Part shown: in pieces, positions 14,751 to 29,074 of the stretch
Position numbering within the stretch: position 1 is the stretch's first letter
Layout: every line of letters starts with the position of its first letter
From: Tubiluchus corallicola
Lineage: Eukaryota; Animalia; Priapulida
DNA length: 64,000 bases
NCBI GenBank assembly: GCA_030141605.1
Contig: JAQGDQ010000734.1
Span: 1 to 64,000, forward strand
Reading direction: 5' to 3'
Translations under genes and position numbers: made by a program
The notes under the pieces: generated by a model
The model's database searches: none
What the model was told of the DNA's origin: nothing
What the model saw: only the letters and a program-made list of their open reading frames with translations

Positions 14751-17439
14751 TGATAGAAATTTTATACCGTGGATTCATGGAACTGATGTTGTTTGGAAGG
14801 ACATTAGAAACATACTGGTCATCAAAATTGCACTACAATTGCTCTCTGCTCTCTGCATACAAAGGGTAGCCAAGCAAATAATGTTTTATGTCTTTAGTAT
14901 GATAAGCACTGAACAAATACATCTAGGACTAACAACGTTAGACAATATTACCAATGCTGCTCTTGCTACGGTGGTTGTGTAAGTGCTTGTTTAACTGAGC
15001 AAGGTAAGGTTAGGCTTAGGGTTAGGGTTTTGGTATTTCTTTTTCCCGATGCCTTTTTTCCTGTGACTCTTTCTTTGATTTTTTTTACCTGTGGCATTTT
15101 ACCTGGATTCTTCTTAACAGTTTATGGAATTTTCCCAGTTTTGTACAGCGGATAAGAGGATTTAAGGATTCTCAATTGGTGTATATTGTTCACTTTTTGA
15201 ATTTTCATAATAAAAGGTTCAATCAAAAATATTAATGCATTAGAATCTAGACTAGAGGTTTATATCTGTCTGTAGTTATGCAAACGTGAATTTTACTTGC
15301 ACCCTGCGTATTGCAGAGCTGTGCATGTGAGAGAACGGTGGGTGACTTCGTGTCTGTCAGCTACTTCAGAAAAATGAGATTTATGGTGTTTAATGGAAAG
15401 TTGAATGTAAAACTTGAAGACTGTTGGCAGTTGTGTTGAGTTATTTGTAATGGCGGTAATGATGCTGACTGTGAAGCTGACAGCATAATGAGAGAAATAT
15501 GTCAACTCTTCTGTGATACGGTTTTATGATTATGACGATGACTACGGCGACAACAACGATGATCTTTGATCGTGGTTAGACAAGACCCTGTTCATTACTT
15601 GTTACGATACGTTAAGTACAATTATTTCTATCTTGCAACCGTATCTTGATTTTTGTAATTATTCAGCTGTTCAATAAAACGAGTTATTAATGTATAGATC
15701 AGGCATATTACCTGATTTAGTTAATAAAGCAGCTGTATTGGAAAGTCAAAGTTATATTCTACAATCTAAACGTGAGATATGCCTTGTGTGCTAACAGTTA
15801 ACATCTCTGTTAGTAGTTGTAATGAACTGTTATATAATGAATGTACAGCCGCTGCCAGTCCTAAAGATGTTCTCTTTTAACCACCTAGAGAGGCTAATTT
15901 ATAATTTTTAATGAGCTTAATTAGTTTCAGTGATTCTGGTGTCAAATGGATATAAAAAATTCAAACATGTATCAGAAAAGATACCCGTTGGGGTTTTATT
16001 TTTAATTGTAATTGTAATTGTAATTTATTATCACTTCAGCATGTATTTTTACATTACAATTTGCATTATTATCTTTATAACTATTATGCCCTATAACTAG
16101 AAAATGAAATATAGTTAAAATAATTGTAACAGAACTACATTAGTATACTATTAGTTAGGGAAAAAATTCCAAGTATAATTACAAAAATTTAACAGAAGTG
16201 TACTAACATAGTTACTAAACTACATAATAGTTTGTCAATAAGAAATAGATGCTGCATGGTGTGGTCAAGAAGCAAAGCTTGTAAGAAGTTCAGCAGAGAC
16301 ACGATGCAAAAGTATAAAAATGTAAACTGCAAAGTAACCAGTCGCGGCATTTTCTGTGACTATCGGCAAAACCCATAATTCTGATAATAACAGAACAGAA
16401 AAACCTTCAATATCAACATGTAATAGTTGGCGTGGTGAAAAAGGGTCTCCAAGTCGAGATACCTAATGTTCTCCTCCGTAATTTTATTCTGTCAGAAGTT
16501 AAGTCTGTAATGATAATGGCATGCTTCGATAATGCTTGACATTTGCAGATAATTTTGAGCTACTGTTGACCCCAGACTTGTTATTGCGCCGTTGTTCCGG
16601 GAAGTGATACTATTTTCCATTCGGTTGCCATGGCAACGATTTAAACTGAGCTCAAGTATGGCGTTTAAAGTGCGTTTATGGTCGGGTTGTATAATAGTTG
16701 GTAGTTTGGCGGGCTGGTAAAAGGTTTTAGTTTGAGAGGTTTCTATAATTGGATTTGAAAATCGAAACGACAGACTTGGCAGTGGAGAGAAGCTTTTTAA
16801 AGGCTTTCCTGTCCATTGTTTCCTGCCTGCTCATTGTTCTTGGATTGTTCATTTCATGCGTTTTGTTCTTTAGCTATTCACAGTTTACTGTTCCATGCCT
16901 TTTATATTTTTATATACAGTGACTTGTTCATCGTTTCTTTGTTCCACGTCTGTCTGATTCATTTGATGTTTGTTGTATCATTCTCATTGTTTGTTTGTCC
17001 GTTACATTGTTTACTGTTTTATGCATGTCAAATAACTGTTTAGCATTGTTTCTTTTTCAACGTGTTCTGTTGCTATAGCTAGCATGTTTTTCACTGCATG
17101 TTTGGTTTTTCATAAATCTTCTAAGTTATTTTAATTTTCTTCTGTTTTATTTTAAATTTGTTTGTTTTTTGTTCGTTGTCTCTTGTTTTCCATACCAAAC
17201 TTTTGTTTGACATACATACATGAGAAACTCGGAGTGGCACGTTCAAATCCCCATCAAGATGATTTATAATGTAGAAAATTCCATTCTGTCTTCAAATTAA
17301 TAAGAGTCGTCGATTCTAGGTAAATAGAAATACAGAGGAAAAAGGCACAAGAAAGAAGCAACAACTCTTGCCTTAATCCTAACTGTGACCATAGCCAAAA
17401 TTATTGTGCACAGTTATATTGAAGAGAAACTAAACGTTT

Positions 17440-17760
17440 TAGCTGTCTGGACATCATGGAAAGAAAGTAGATTCAAACTTTCAGCGAATCAGTTTGTCTG
17501 GACCTCATGGAAAGAAAGTAGATTCAAACTTTCAGCAAATCAATTTGTCTGGACATCATGAAAGAAAGTGGATTCAAACGTTTAGCAAATCAATTTGTCT
17601 GGACATCGTGGAAAGAAAGTGGATTCCAACTTTTAGCAGATCAATTTGTCTGGACATCATGGAAATAAAGTGGATTCAAACTTTCTACGAATCAATTTGT
17701 CTGGACATCATGGAAATAAAGAGGGTTCAAACTTTCTAGGAATCAGTTTGTCTGGACCTT
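17440..17760. repeat. 51-bp minisatellite, about 6 copies
   Basis: tgtctggacatcatggaaagaaagt period 51. Confidence 0.92.
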
Positions 17761-19514
17761 GGAAAATGTCATTAAACATTTCTCTTTCATTTTTCTAAGA
17801 CTGTCTTCCCAGTTATAAACCGTCATATTTGAAGTAAAACGTTTTAAACTTCAGCAGCTGTGAAACGTCGGCAGAAATTTTATTGACGGAATCACGTGAT
17901 TGATGGAGTTTCTCTGTTTGTCTAGCATTGATTTTAACCAGTGCAACTAGGTAGGCTTTGCTAGGAAAAACATTGCATAGACTTTCCTACTTCTCTTTGA
18001 ACTTTCGTCGATCGATTAGTTAGTCCTGGAGGGCAATGACTCATTTATAAATTGCTACTCTACTAGATTTCAACGACTTCGGCCCAACGGCGTTTTTGAC
18101 TTTTAAAACCAGTTTTACGATTGTAATTATCCGGCTCAACTTTAAATAATATTGGTATTTATGAATGGGGGAGCTTGTAGTACATTGCTGTCTGCGGAGA
18201 GAGTGGGTGTTGTACAAGCGAGCGTCACATTTTTCTTTGGCTAACCGTCAAGTAATTTTCCAGTCGTAAATGTAGCTACTGTACGTAACAAAGCTTGGCA
18301 CATTGCCTTTATTTCAGCAACTTAACATCTATTCTCACAGCGATAAATGTGAGGTTTATGAGGGTCCACTGGTCCCTCAACAACATTTATTCTTTGGTTA
18401 TTCGTTTATTCATCGTCCATTTTCTCGCTCAGTAACATTATCATGCAATCAGTTGGTTCCTCGGCCCTATGGCTATAGTTTTCAAATTTCCAGATTTCAA
18501 GCTCTTTTTCCTTTTCCACATTGAATCTTTAGTCCTCAAAGTCGGCGGGTCGTCTCACCGTGATATTTGATATTTGCATAATTTATTCATTAAAAAAGCT
18601 GCTATTGCTACTACTGTATTGAACATCTGTCATAGTGACAAGAAGCCAATTATTGCTATTAAGTGGACTGTTTATATGAAACACGCCGATGAGTCATATG
18701 CTGTTTTACCAATACAAAAGTAATTGTGAAATTTTAATGTGTCTTTGTGTGTGTATTGTACTGGTTGGTCAATACTAGTTCACTGGAATATTCGTGAACG
18801 TTTGCTTATTCGTGAACTTAAATAAATAATTGCATAATATTAAATATGATTTAATAAGTTCCTGCTGTACTTATGAATAGTTTGTTTGATTGCCACATTC
18901 TTAATGTGTTCTACTGGTATTTGGTGATAAAGGTAACCAACCAACCAACCAAGTAACTAATCAGTCAGGCAAGTAAGCAACCAAACACCTAAACAACAGG
19001 CTAACAAACCAAGCAAACAATCAACGATCCAGGCAACCTACTAACCAACAAATAAACTGAGCAGCTAGTCAGCCAGGAAGCTAGCCAACCAGCCAATCGA
19101 CAAGCAAGCAGCCAAACACAAACAATGTGTTTTTAATAAGCTATTTGTTTGTTAAAAATCAATGCAAAGCATTTAGTGTATTTTTGTTTACTTACCAATG
19201 TGTAAACTATACGCATTTTTACACAATCTTGAGTAAAATTGTTCCAAGCAAAAAACTGACATTTTTGGAATTATAGACAACTTGTGAGGCAACCTGGCGA
19301 AGCAAAAAACATAATGAGTAGTTTTTAAAAAGTATCGGAAGTTTACTTCAATTTAATCAGTTGTTTATGTCTGGTGATGCTCGTTCAGTATCTGGTATGA
19401 AGTTTGCTGCACTTCATCTAACAAAACAAAATATTGTAATTTTCTCAGATCGTTTGCGCTTCTAGGCCAGCTGGTTTCCAAAACTCAACAAAGATGTCTA
19501 CTCAATGTACGTGA

Positions 19515-20080
19515 TTGTAGCAGGACAGGAACGTAGGTTATTATCAAGGCATAGTCCGCTAAGAGATGACCCTGGGCTAGCTGAGTAGCTCTGATGGTCA
19601 CATTCCGTTGTGTACACATTCCTCTCATCCCTCAGTTGAAAATGTAGTTTTGACACGTGTAGCAGGACAGGAACGTAGGTTATTATCAAGGATAGTCCGT
19701 CAAGAGATGACCCTGGGCTAGCTGAGTATCTCAGATGGTCACATTCAGTTGTGTATACATTCCTCTCATCCCTCAGTTGAAAATGTAGTTTGACACGTGT
19801 AGCAGGACAGGAACGTAGGTTATTATCAAGGATAGTCCGTTAAGAGATGACCCTGGGCTAGCTGAATGTCTCAGACGGTCACATTCAGTTGTGTATACAT
19901 TCCTCTCATCCTTCAGTTGAAAATGTAGTTTTGACACGTGTAGCAGGACAGGAACGTAGGTTATTATCAAGGATAGTCCGTCAAGAGATGACCCTGGGCT
20001 GGCTGAGTATCTCTGACGGTCACATTCAGTTGCGTATACATTCCTCTCATCCCTCAGTTGAAAATGTAGTTTGACACGCG
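19515..20080. repeat. About 141-bp tandem repeat, 4 copies
   Basis: gtagcaggacagg at 19517, 19659, 19799, 19940. Confidence 0.95.
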
Positions 20081-20989
20081 TCCATTCTGTATGGCAACGT
20101 GCTTTTAAGCTTTTTGACGTGTGACCCATCCAGCTTTTTACGACCCACTTTACGCCTGCCATAAGCCCATTAAGGCTAAATGCTCGAGTATAAAATGTCA
20201 ATTCTGTACAATTTGCCTAGCGCGTGAATATAACTTGCAGCATCATCAACGTCAACAGATGATGATAAATCTGCCTCAGCTGCCGCCCGAGAAGACGCTG
20301 GAGAAGAGTTGGACTGCTGCGTTGCTATGGACACCGTGCAGGCTCTGCATCTTGTCTTGTTTGATAATTCGCACCTGTCTCGTTACGATAGTTGAGTTAT
20401 ATTTAATTGGTCGTAATTACAGATTGATTAATTTCACGCAATTTAAAAGTCTTACCTGGCGTTACCATGGTAACAAATTGGCATTATAGTCATCAACGTA
20501 AAGCGATATCGCATAATACGTATATACCTTTTTTCTAGCAAAGTTTTTTAAGGGTTATTATTATCATCATCATTGTTGGCATCGTCGTCGTCATCGTCAC
20601 TGATGCTGACTTACTGTTTTCGAAAAATCTGGTCACCTGCTTTCTCTTAGTGGAGTTTCAGTCCCTGTGCTTGTGGAGTATTGGAACTAATCGAGATACA
20701 TGTCACACACTAAACATAGAAAGTTGTCTGTTTCACACTCTGCCTGGGTTTTTGGTTGATTGCAGGTGATAGAACAATTAAAATTGGGTGGTTGTACTTT
20801 AATGCTAGCCGTGCGTGGCTGAATATGTCCAGAGGTCACTCTGTGCTATTGTAAACTTTAGGAACTAATTCTGTCCCATTGGGCGTGAAATGCATTTCGT
20901 AGATTTTCAAACACCGTCCCTAGTGTTTCGTATGTAACCCTTTCATTTAAAGTGAATTTATACAGACACTTACAGTGTCATAAAAAGGA

Positions 20990-21275
20990 AATAAATTTTA
21001 TTAAAAGTGTATAAAACGTTAAAAAGCATGTCACAAAGGTTTCGCCTGCAGCCTGCAGTCATCATTAGTGTAAGATTCCACAAACAAACAACCGGTTATA
21101 TAGGCAGAGCTCACAATTTGTTTATTCGTTGCATTTTGGCTTCCTTGTAAGTACATAATTAGTGAATTTCTGTGCTGTAAGTTCTGCTTATATAGCTAGT
21201 TGGTTGTTTGTAGAACGTTACACTGATGATGACTGCAGATGACAGAGCTTTTTAACTTTTTATAAACTTATTTGG
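20990..21275. mobile_element. Second, more decayed palindromic element of the same type
   Basis: Inverted arms gcagtcatcattagtgtaa / ttacactgatgatgactgc; shares ttatataggcagagc with the 9.3-kb copy. Confidence 0.55.
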
Positions 21276-21297
21276 TACATCTCTCATTGATATAATC

Positions 21298-21762
21298 TTG
21301 CACGTAGTACACCACAAACAGTTTTCTGACGTAATCTGCAGTTGATTCACTTTCTGTTGCCGTTGTTATACAATACTTAGAATAAACTCTGTTGCACGTA
21401 GTACACCACAAACAGTTTTCTGACGTAATCTGCAGTTGATTCACTTTCTGTTGCCGTTGTTATACAATACTTAGAATAAACTCTGTTGCACGTAGCACAC
21501 CACAAACAGTTTTCTGACGTAATCTGCAGTTGATTCGCTTTCTGTTGCCGTTGTTATACAATAGTTAGAATAAATTCTGTTGCACGTAGTACACCACAAA
21601 CAGTTTTCTGACGTAATCTGCAGTTGATTCGCTTTCTGTTGCCGTTGTTATACAATAGTTAGAATAAACTCTGTTGCACGTAGTACACCACAAACAGTTT
21701 TCTGACGTAATCTGCAGTTGATTCACTTTCTGTTGCCGTTGTTATACAATACCTAGAATAAA
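21298..21762. repeat. 94-bp tandem repeat, 5 copies
   Basis: tgcacgtagtacaccac period 94. Confidence 0.95.
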
Positions 21763-22188
21763 TGCTTGATTTAATTCCACCTGGGGGAGGATATTCACCA
21801 GATATCCATATCACTCAGTTTCTCTTCATGCTATTGTGCTGAGGCTATTTCGATTTTCTGATAATCTTTTTAACCGATTCAAAGCCTGCAAAATGTCGTA
21901 TTTGTGACGTAATTGTAGATTTTGTAGCTGGTTTGTTGAACCGGGTGATTGTTATTGTGGGTATAGGTGATTATTTTTTTTACATTTAGATTTATTTATT
22001 CATCCATTTAGCACTTACAAAACCAAAAGTTTTAAAATTACTAATTAACTGTGCATTACAGTGCTATGAGCGCAGCAGAAGAAATTAAGTTATGAGCTAC
22101 AAAAATACATACATATATTATATAGTTGGTGCTGGTGCAGTGTTCTGCTTGGTCGATCCTGAAGAATCTAAAGTAGAACATCTTGAAA

Positions 22189-22190
<2 letters not shown>

Positions 22191-22240
<50 letters not shown>

Positions 22241-22282
22241 GGGGGGAGGGAGAGAGAGGTGGGAGAGAGTGAAAGAGAGAGA
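22191..22282. repeat. (GA)n microsatellite
   Basis: Direct reading. Confidence 0.93.
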
Positions 22283-23324
22283 TCAAATTTCCCATTAGGC
22301 AAGTGTTTTTTCCCCTTTTGTGTGGCAAAGTGGTTTTTGGGCAAGCAAGATTTGGAAAAATGTCTGACCAGTACAACAGTTGTTTTTCAAGGTCATTAAA
22401 ATACTAGCTTTAATTTTTTATATTACAAGCTTTGGTAAGTTTTTTTCTCACAGCAGATGCTTAGAGTACGAGAAACAGAATAGTGCATTTATTGCATGTA
22501 ACATAACGGATTAGACAGCAGAATTTCTTGTTAAGCTCTAGAGATTACTGGAGGACATATGCCGCCGTTCTGATGCATACTGCGGTTCTATGCCTTGCTT
22601 GGTCGTTTTTCGGAAAAAAGTGGCAAGGAATGCACAGTTTGTCCAATCTGGTCGTGCCTTGTAAGAAACCTTTTTAGGAAGCGCTTCTATAGGGGTACTC
22701 TGCTTTGCTGTGGATCTTAGAACTCCTCACACATAAAATATATAAGTGAATTTTGGACTAATTGAATAAGGTTAGATGGAATGAATAATTTTGAAAAAAT
22801 TATTGAACAAATTCCAATTACAAATGGAATAGAAAGTGAATTGCTAATTGCGATGGTACAATTTCTATTAAGTCTGAATCCGCAGCGTGGCGCTGGCGGC
22901 GCTTTTATTATTTCTAACTTAATTGGCAGTTAGTTTTTTTGAAGTTTATGATTGTTATGATTGTTGAAGTCGTTGACCTTCTTTACATCAACAAGAAAAT
23001 GATTATTAAAATTTCACGTGTCTCGCCATCTCAAAGCGTTTATTTTCCTTTCTTTCAAGATTTGAAGATCTGACATTTGCAAACGTAAACTGCTTTTAAG
23101 CGTAAATAATCTTCATCACGAAAGATAATTCTTCGTAAGCAGGATATTAAAAAGAGCAGCGTAACTGCCATGCTCTTAGGAGCAATTCGTTGAACTAAAA
23201 AAGAGTTTTTTAAACCCTTTGGACTATTGGTGGAATATTTTTGTTCAAAAATTTATTTTTTTTCGCTTTTAAATCATGGTTTTCTCAGAAGCAGTGACAA
23301 CAAAAACTCTAACTTTGAAACATT

Positions 23325-23775
23325 GAAGGACGTTTTAACAACATCCCTTACTGTTTGGTATGACGCTACCAAGCTGGGAGATCGCAATGCTCTTGATCAA
23401 GTTGTTAAATCCGCCTCAAAAATTGTAGTAATTCAACAGCAATCTGTAGCCTATTTGTATGAAACTAGGAAAGAAAGCGCAAGTTATCATGAAAGATGAA
23501 TTCCATCCAGGTAATAAATACTTTGAAATGCTCCCCTCTGGTCGTAGATTTCACTCAATTAACGCTAAAACTACAAGAGCTTTAAATACTTTCTACCCCG
23601 TTGCAATTCGCACCATCAACAGTAAATGTCAGTAAAACTCCAATATTAATTCTCTGTCACTGTACAACTGATTGAATTATTTGTGTTGATCTCCTTGTTG
23701 TTTCCATAAGTTATTGCTGTACGTAAAACCACATGAATTTCATTGTATGTATTATGCTATAATTACAATAAATTG
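23325..23775 (+). mobile_element. Rex1/Babar-like LINE 3' fragment, frameshifted
   Basis: VLTTSLTVWY...VVKSASKI, then in a shifted frame KDEFHPGNKYFEMLPSGRRF...TFYPVAIR. Confidence 0.75.
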
Positions 23776-24018
23776 CTTACAATCCTTTGTAGATGGAACC
23801 ACAGGAATTGTACAGTTCAGCTCACCAAACTGTTTATAGCAGATGTGTCTCCATCTATGAAAAGTATTAGCTAAATGATAGCTAAATAGTAGCTAAATGA
23901 GGCTTGATGTTTGTGGAACTGCAATATAACAAGCCTTAGTTGTTTCTAAAATTACATTTTTATCGCTGTATTGATATTTTTTGTTTTAAAGATTTTCCTG
24001 TTTTTTTTCAGATAACAG

Positions 24019-24127
24019 ATGGCACTGACGAGGTTATGGACGAGCCTGGTGCTTGCCATTTTTACCATTGTGATTGTACAGTCTAGAATTCCCGGGAAAG
24101 ATCCTGAGTTACCCGATGTTGTTAAAG
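24019..24127 (+). CDS. Nrg: L1/neuroglian-like gene, first coding exon (signal peptide)
   Basis: Pyrimidine tract and AG before the ATG; MALTRLWTSLVLAIFTIVIVQSRIPGK looks like a signal peptide; donor G|gtgtgt, phase 1, matches the next exon. Confidence 0.75.
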
Positions 24128-26129
24128 GTGTGTCAGTCTCTTTCTCTCTTGCTTGCTCTTTTGCTCTCTCTCTCTCTCTCTCCCTCTCTCTCCATCCTCT
24201 CAATTACACTTTTGCTGTCTTCTTCCTCTGTGTCATCTGGATAGTCTTGAGACTTTCCTGTTCCATTGTTTGCCATGCCATTCACCGGTTTGGCAGAATG
24301 CCAGTATGTATTAAAAAACAATTATGGAAGTTTCCACCATTCAAGTACTTTATTCCATTTCTGACAGAATGAATTATAATTTTTTACACTTCTGTCCGTG
24401 CTTATTTTGGATAATTAGTTTCTTTTTCAAGTTTTGTGGTGTTCGTCATTCAGTTTAACCTAATGTACTTCTATGTAGTCACTGAAAGAGATTTACGGTG
24501 GCTTTCTAAGCCGCTGGTGCGATTATTATTAGTTCTGTTTCGCTCTTGTTTCTGTTCCACTAGTTCTGCTAGTGAATTTACATGTTCTGTTTTCCATCAA
24601 CGCATCTCATTCGCTTCGGGCAGTTTCGGCACCTTATTCAGGGTCAAAAATTGCCATTGAATGTAGCGTACTTGTTGAGGTAATGAATCACAGGCCATGT
24701 TTGTGCTTCCCATGAATGGAGGGCCGTGTTTGCTTGGGGCTCGCGTTGCTTTGCGTGATCTAACCCACATTTTCACATCATTTTTGCCGATTTGTCATTT
24801 TTCTTTCCTTTTTGTTTGTTTGTTTGTGCGTCATTTTTTAATTATTCGATCATTTTAAATGCCTTTGTTTACTATTGTGTTCAGTAAAGCTCTTTTCTTA
24901 AAAAAAACGTAAAAATTGCCTGTAATGTCGTTTTTGCACTAGTTGTTCCTCGCATCTGGTTGCCTAGCAACGAATATTACGGCATGGGCAAATTAACGTG
25001 AAATAATTTAGTTATATGCTTTGTAATTTCGCTCAAATTAATATGCAGTTTATGAGAGAACTGTTAGCAATTTGATTTTAGTATTTTCTGGTAATTTATA
25101 GACAATTTCTGAAAAATTATGCTGTTGGGATTTCGCTGTGACGTGTGCAGCTGTTTGTCACGTGACGGCAATGCATTATGGGCAGACTTAATCCCCGACT
25201 GTCGTTGTTTCTCGTAAACTATGAAATTGAAGTATGATTTTACCGTGGATACTGTACCATGTTTCGAAGTAAATACCTTATTCATGGTTTTATTCTCAAG
25301 ATTATCATCGAAAGATTTAAACGGCAGTTTTAAGACTTTTCACATCTGTTCTTTTCGAACTAATTTGACTTCAAACCAAAAATTTCTTTAAAATTTGGTC
25401 GTAATGACCTCTTACCTGTTACCTAACTTTATTCCTCTTGTTGTTTTTGAGTTAACTTCTTTGCAGGATTATCCAGGGTGATGGGGAAGGATCCCATCTC
25501 CTCCCTACAACCATTGATAATTAACAAATTCTAGATTCTGAAAAAATGTTAACTATATTATTCTGTTAACTAACTGACAATTACATTAAGACCACTTTAA
25601 ATTTGTTTTTAATTTCGACATCGTCCATTTCAAAAAATTACAATATGTACTGTATAAATTTAAAAATTAACGACTCTAAATTCAGTCATATTAATTACTT
25701 TTTGTAACGAGTTTACAACGACCAGATGTCCCCCTGTCATATTAAAGTTTGAAGTACGGGAAGAAGAGATCAGAAAGCTTCCCGCCATATTTCGCTACCT
25801 GTACCTCTACATTTTCTAATCAACTTTATAGTTACAGAAGCTTTTCACGGAGAATGAGCATGGTCACTAGTAGAATTTTGCCAAAAACACTTTTAAATCA
25901 AGTAGTATATATTTACTGCAATAAGTGTGGTTCAATCATTTATTTACATAGTATAATTTAGTATGAAAATTGCAGGAACATTCCAACTAGTTAAAACGTT
26001 AAAACCGCGTGTAAAGTCTCTATAATTTACCCGAAATAATTAATTAATTAGGACTGTGGTTGCCATAGTTTTTATAAAATATTGCGATTATTTTACCAAT
26101 TATTGACCCATTGCGAGTAATGAGCTAGA

Positions 26130-26215
26130 GAAAGAAGTCACTGAAGAATTTTGGAATAGTCGGGATTTGAACCCGAGACCTGCGATTACCTACCAGCCCA
26201 GCCTGGCAGAGCAAG
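26130..26215 (-). mobile_element. Possible tRNA-derived SINE head
   Basis: Minus-strand B box gggttcaaatcccgac. Confidence 0.4.
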
Positions 26216-26444
26216 CCTAAGATTTCCTCCTAAAAATCCCTTAGAATATTATACTAGCTCATAGGATCATCCGGCCTGCGTAAGAACTTATCAGACGTGT
26301 TCAGTGGTTTCTACTATGTAAGTAAGAAGCTAAGCTATGTATGGTTTGTCCGGCCTTGACTGTGTCGGCTTCTGCTCCACGAATGTCAATCCGTCATGAC
26401 CTGGTTACCTCCTGCACGGTTTGAATTTGGCATGAGCAGGAGTT

Positions 26445-26885
26445 AGATTACCTCCACATGGCAGAGGCAGGGCAAAGACACAGTCCAGATCTGTCAGCAC
26501 TCTGGACCTGTGTGGGAATCGAAGAGGATGGCATTTTAAATATGAGAACCGCCAGGGATGACTATCTCCACGTGGGAGAGGCAGCGCAGAGACTCTGTCC
26601 CGTTCTGTCAGCACTCTGGACTTGGGACTGGACAAGGATGGCATTTTAAATACGAGAACCGTCAGGGATGACTATCTCCACGTGGCAGATGCAGCGCAAG
26701 GACTCTGTCCCGTTCTGTCAGCACTCTGGACTTGGGACTGGACAAGGATGACATTTTAAATATGAGAACCGTCAGGGATGACTATCTCCACGTGGGAGAG
26801 GCAGCGCAGGGACTCTGCCCCGTTCTCTCAGCACTCTGGACTTGGGACTGGACAAGGATGGCATTTTAAATGTGATACCCGTCAG
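26445..26885. repeat. 110-bp tandem repeat, about 4 copies
   Basis: gatgactatctccacgtgg at 26557, 26667, 26777. Confidence 0.92.
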
Positions 26886-29074
26886 TGGCGAGTCAGGGAT
26901 ACCATGATTACCACGTTTACTCAAATACGAGGACCACCAGATATAGAACAAGGGCTCAAGCATTAACCTGGCTGGGCTCAGGTATTGCTAAGCTAAGTAA
27001 CATGACAACAGTCGAAGACTTGCATAAAATTACCTTGTTTAGTAGAATTGCATTCGTTACTTTGTTTGTTTCGTGCTTTCTGTGTAAAATTGAATGTAAG
27101 TGAGAATTAAGGGGTCACATAAGTGTTCTTCTTTGTTCTTTGTTCTTCTTGAATTTTCTAATGTTCCACCTAGATTTCACATCAAATATTTTTTTGTAGA
27201 AAGGTAAAATTTGAGATATTAACTTTTTTCTTGATTAGATAGACGTTTTACTTTGCCTACTGTTTTAAAAAATCAGGAAAAGAGGTAATCCTTAGCAGAC
27301 ATGCATGTTCTGTTGAGCATTCTAGGTAAATCAGTCTTCTGATTTTGAAGCCACGCCATCATGTGACTGAACTTTGTACTGTTACATTGTGGTTTATCAT
27401 CTCTGAAGCCATTCAGCTATATAGTGAGGGTAAAGAGTTGAAGACCTGCACTGTAGTTTATGTTTGATGTTTCCTTTGGGAGAAATTTTCTCATCTAAAC
27501 TAATTGCTAATTACGTCTGGAAGCCATTTGCCAGGTCGCGCTGAGTACTCTGCGATCTAGTGTCTGGCTTCCTATGTACTATCATTATGTCGTGGACTAG
27601 TAGACTGGCATAGGTTAGTTCTATTATACCATATTAAAAAGCTGAAAGATCCATCCTTTGTAATCAACATGTTTATTGAGCGTTTCGACTGTAACAATCA
27701 TTGTCAGTACTATTAAGATTATGATTTGTAGCATTGTGGATGAGTGTCATGGTCGAAACGTTTATCTACGCTCAATAAACGTGCTAGTCCACACATATTA
27801 CTCCAGTAAGTTTAATACATTTCATTTAAACTTATTCTGCACGGGATTTCGTTTCCAGTTCATAATTTCCTGTAAAAACCATGGCAAACTTCGCTTAAAC
27901 AATTAAGGTGCGTTCACATTAATGAGATTAAGTTAATGAATCTTGCGAGCTAATGACTGGACTTGCCTACCTGTTTACAGACTATCGGAGTATACCTCTG
28001 TAGGTTTTTACCAAATCCATGCATTCCTTCACCAAACATTCTTCTGTATTTCAAGGCTACTCAGCCGTGTAGCAGCCTCCCGTGTTGCTGTTTATACATC
28101 AGGGTGTTTCCCCCTAAAACTCTGCATCGCTATGCAAAATATTGTAAACATAATTAAATTGTTTGTGTTTACGTTTTCCTGCTGAACTTATTTTAAATTA
28201 CGCCAACGAGGTCATGCAGACTATGATGCTGCTTGCAAATAACGCAGTGCATTGTGGGAAAAGGCATCGTGGGATTGTAGTGCATCGAACGGCTAGTGCT
28301 TTTAACTGGAGATTCCAGCATCGAGGGGTAGGGTTGTGTATTTTGTAATATACTTCTTTAATTAAAGAAAGGCACACCCTTAAAGGAAATGTATTATGTG
28401 GTGAAATGGTATTACGTCATGAAAAGTAGTACATCAAGGGATAAAACACAGTGTATCGTGGGGTAGTCAATGCGTAGACATTGTGATTGCAGCAATGCAG
28501 TATGGCAGTGCATCTTGGATTGCAGCAATGCAGTATGGCAGTGCATCATGGCTTGCAGCAGTACATCAGATAAGGCAGTGCATTATGGGCATTCAGGCCA
28601 TTGTTGCCTAGTAACTGGCTGACTCTCTTATATATTGTTCTTTCAATGAAATGAAAGTTCTTTGAAAACTCTTACCCAGAATGCATCTGGTTCTTGCAAT
28701 GTTTAACTGAGTTCTATTGCCATTTGGGGACCAGTGCTGTTATTCCCTCTTTCCAAGAACCAGCAAATTTTTGGACGTTTTTCAGGACATCTAAAAGCTG
28801 ATAACTCTAATTGCCTCAAACAATCAAACGTTATTTGTGGAGGCTGTGCAATGCCATGTAATTACGATTTCCCATTAGATCTGAACATCAGATAATGCAG
28901 AGGAGACTGATTTCATTCTCTCTTTCTCCCTCTCTGTGAGTCTCCTGAGTTTTGATTCACTACAATTGAATGCTTTGAAGCTGAAGCAAAGTGGTTTGAA
29001 ATATCGTAACTGTTAAACTGCTTTTAGTTCCATTTGAAATTGCTACCCGCTGATGACATCTGATTGGAGGACAC

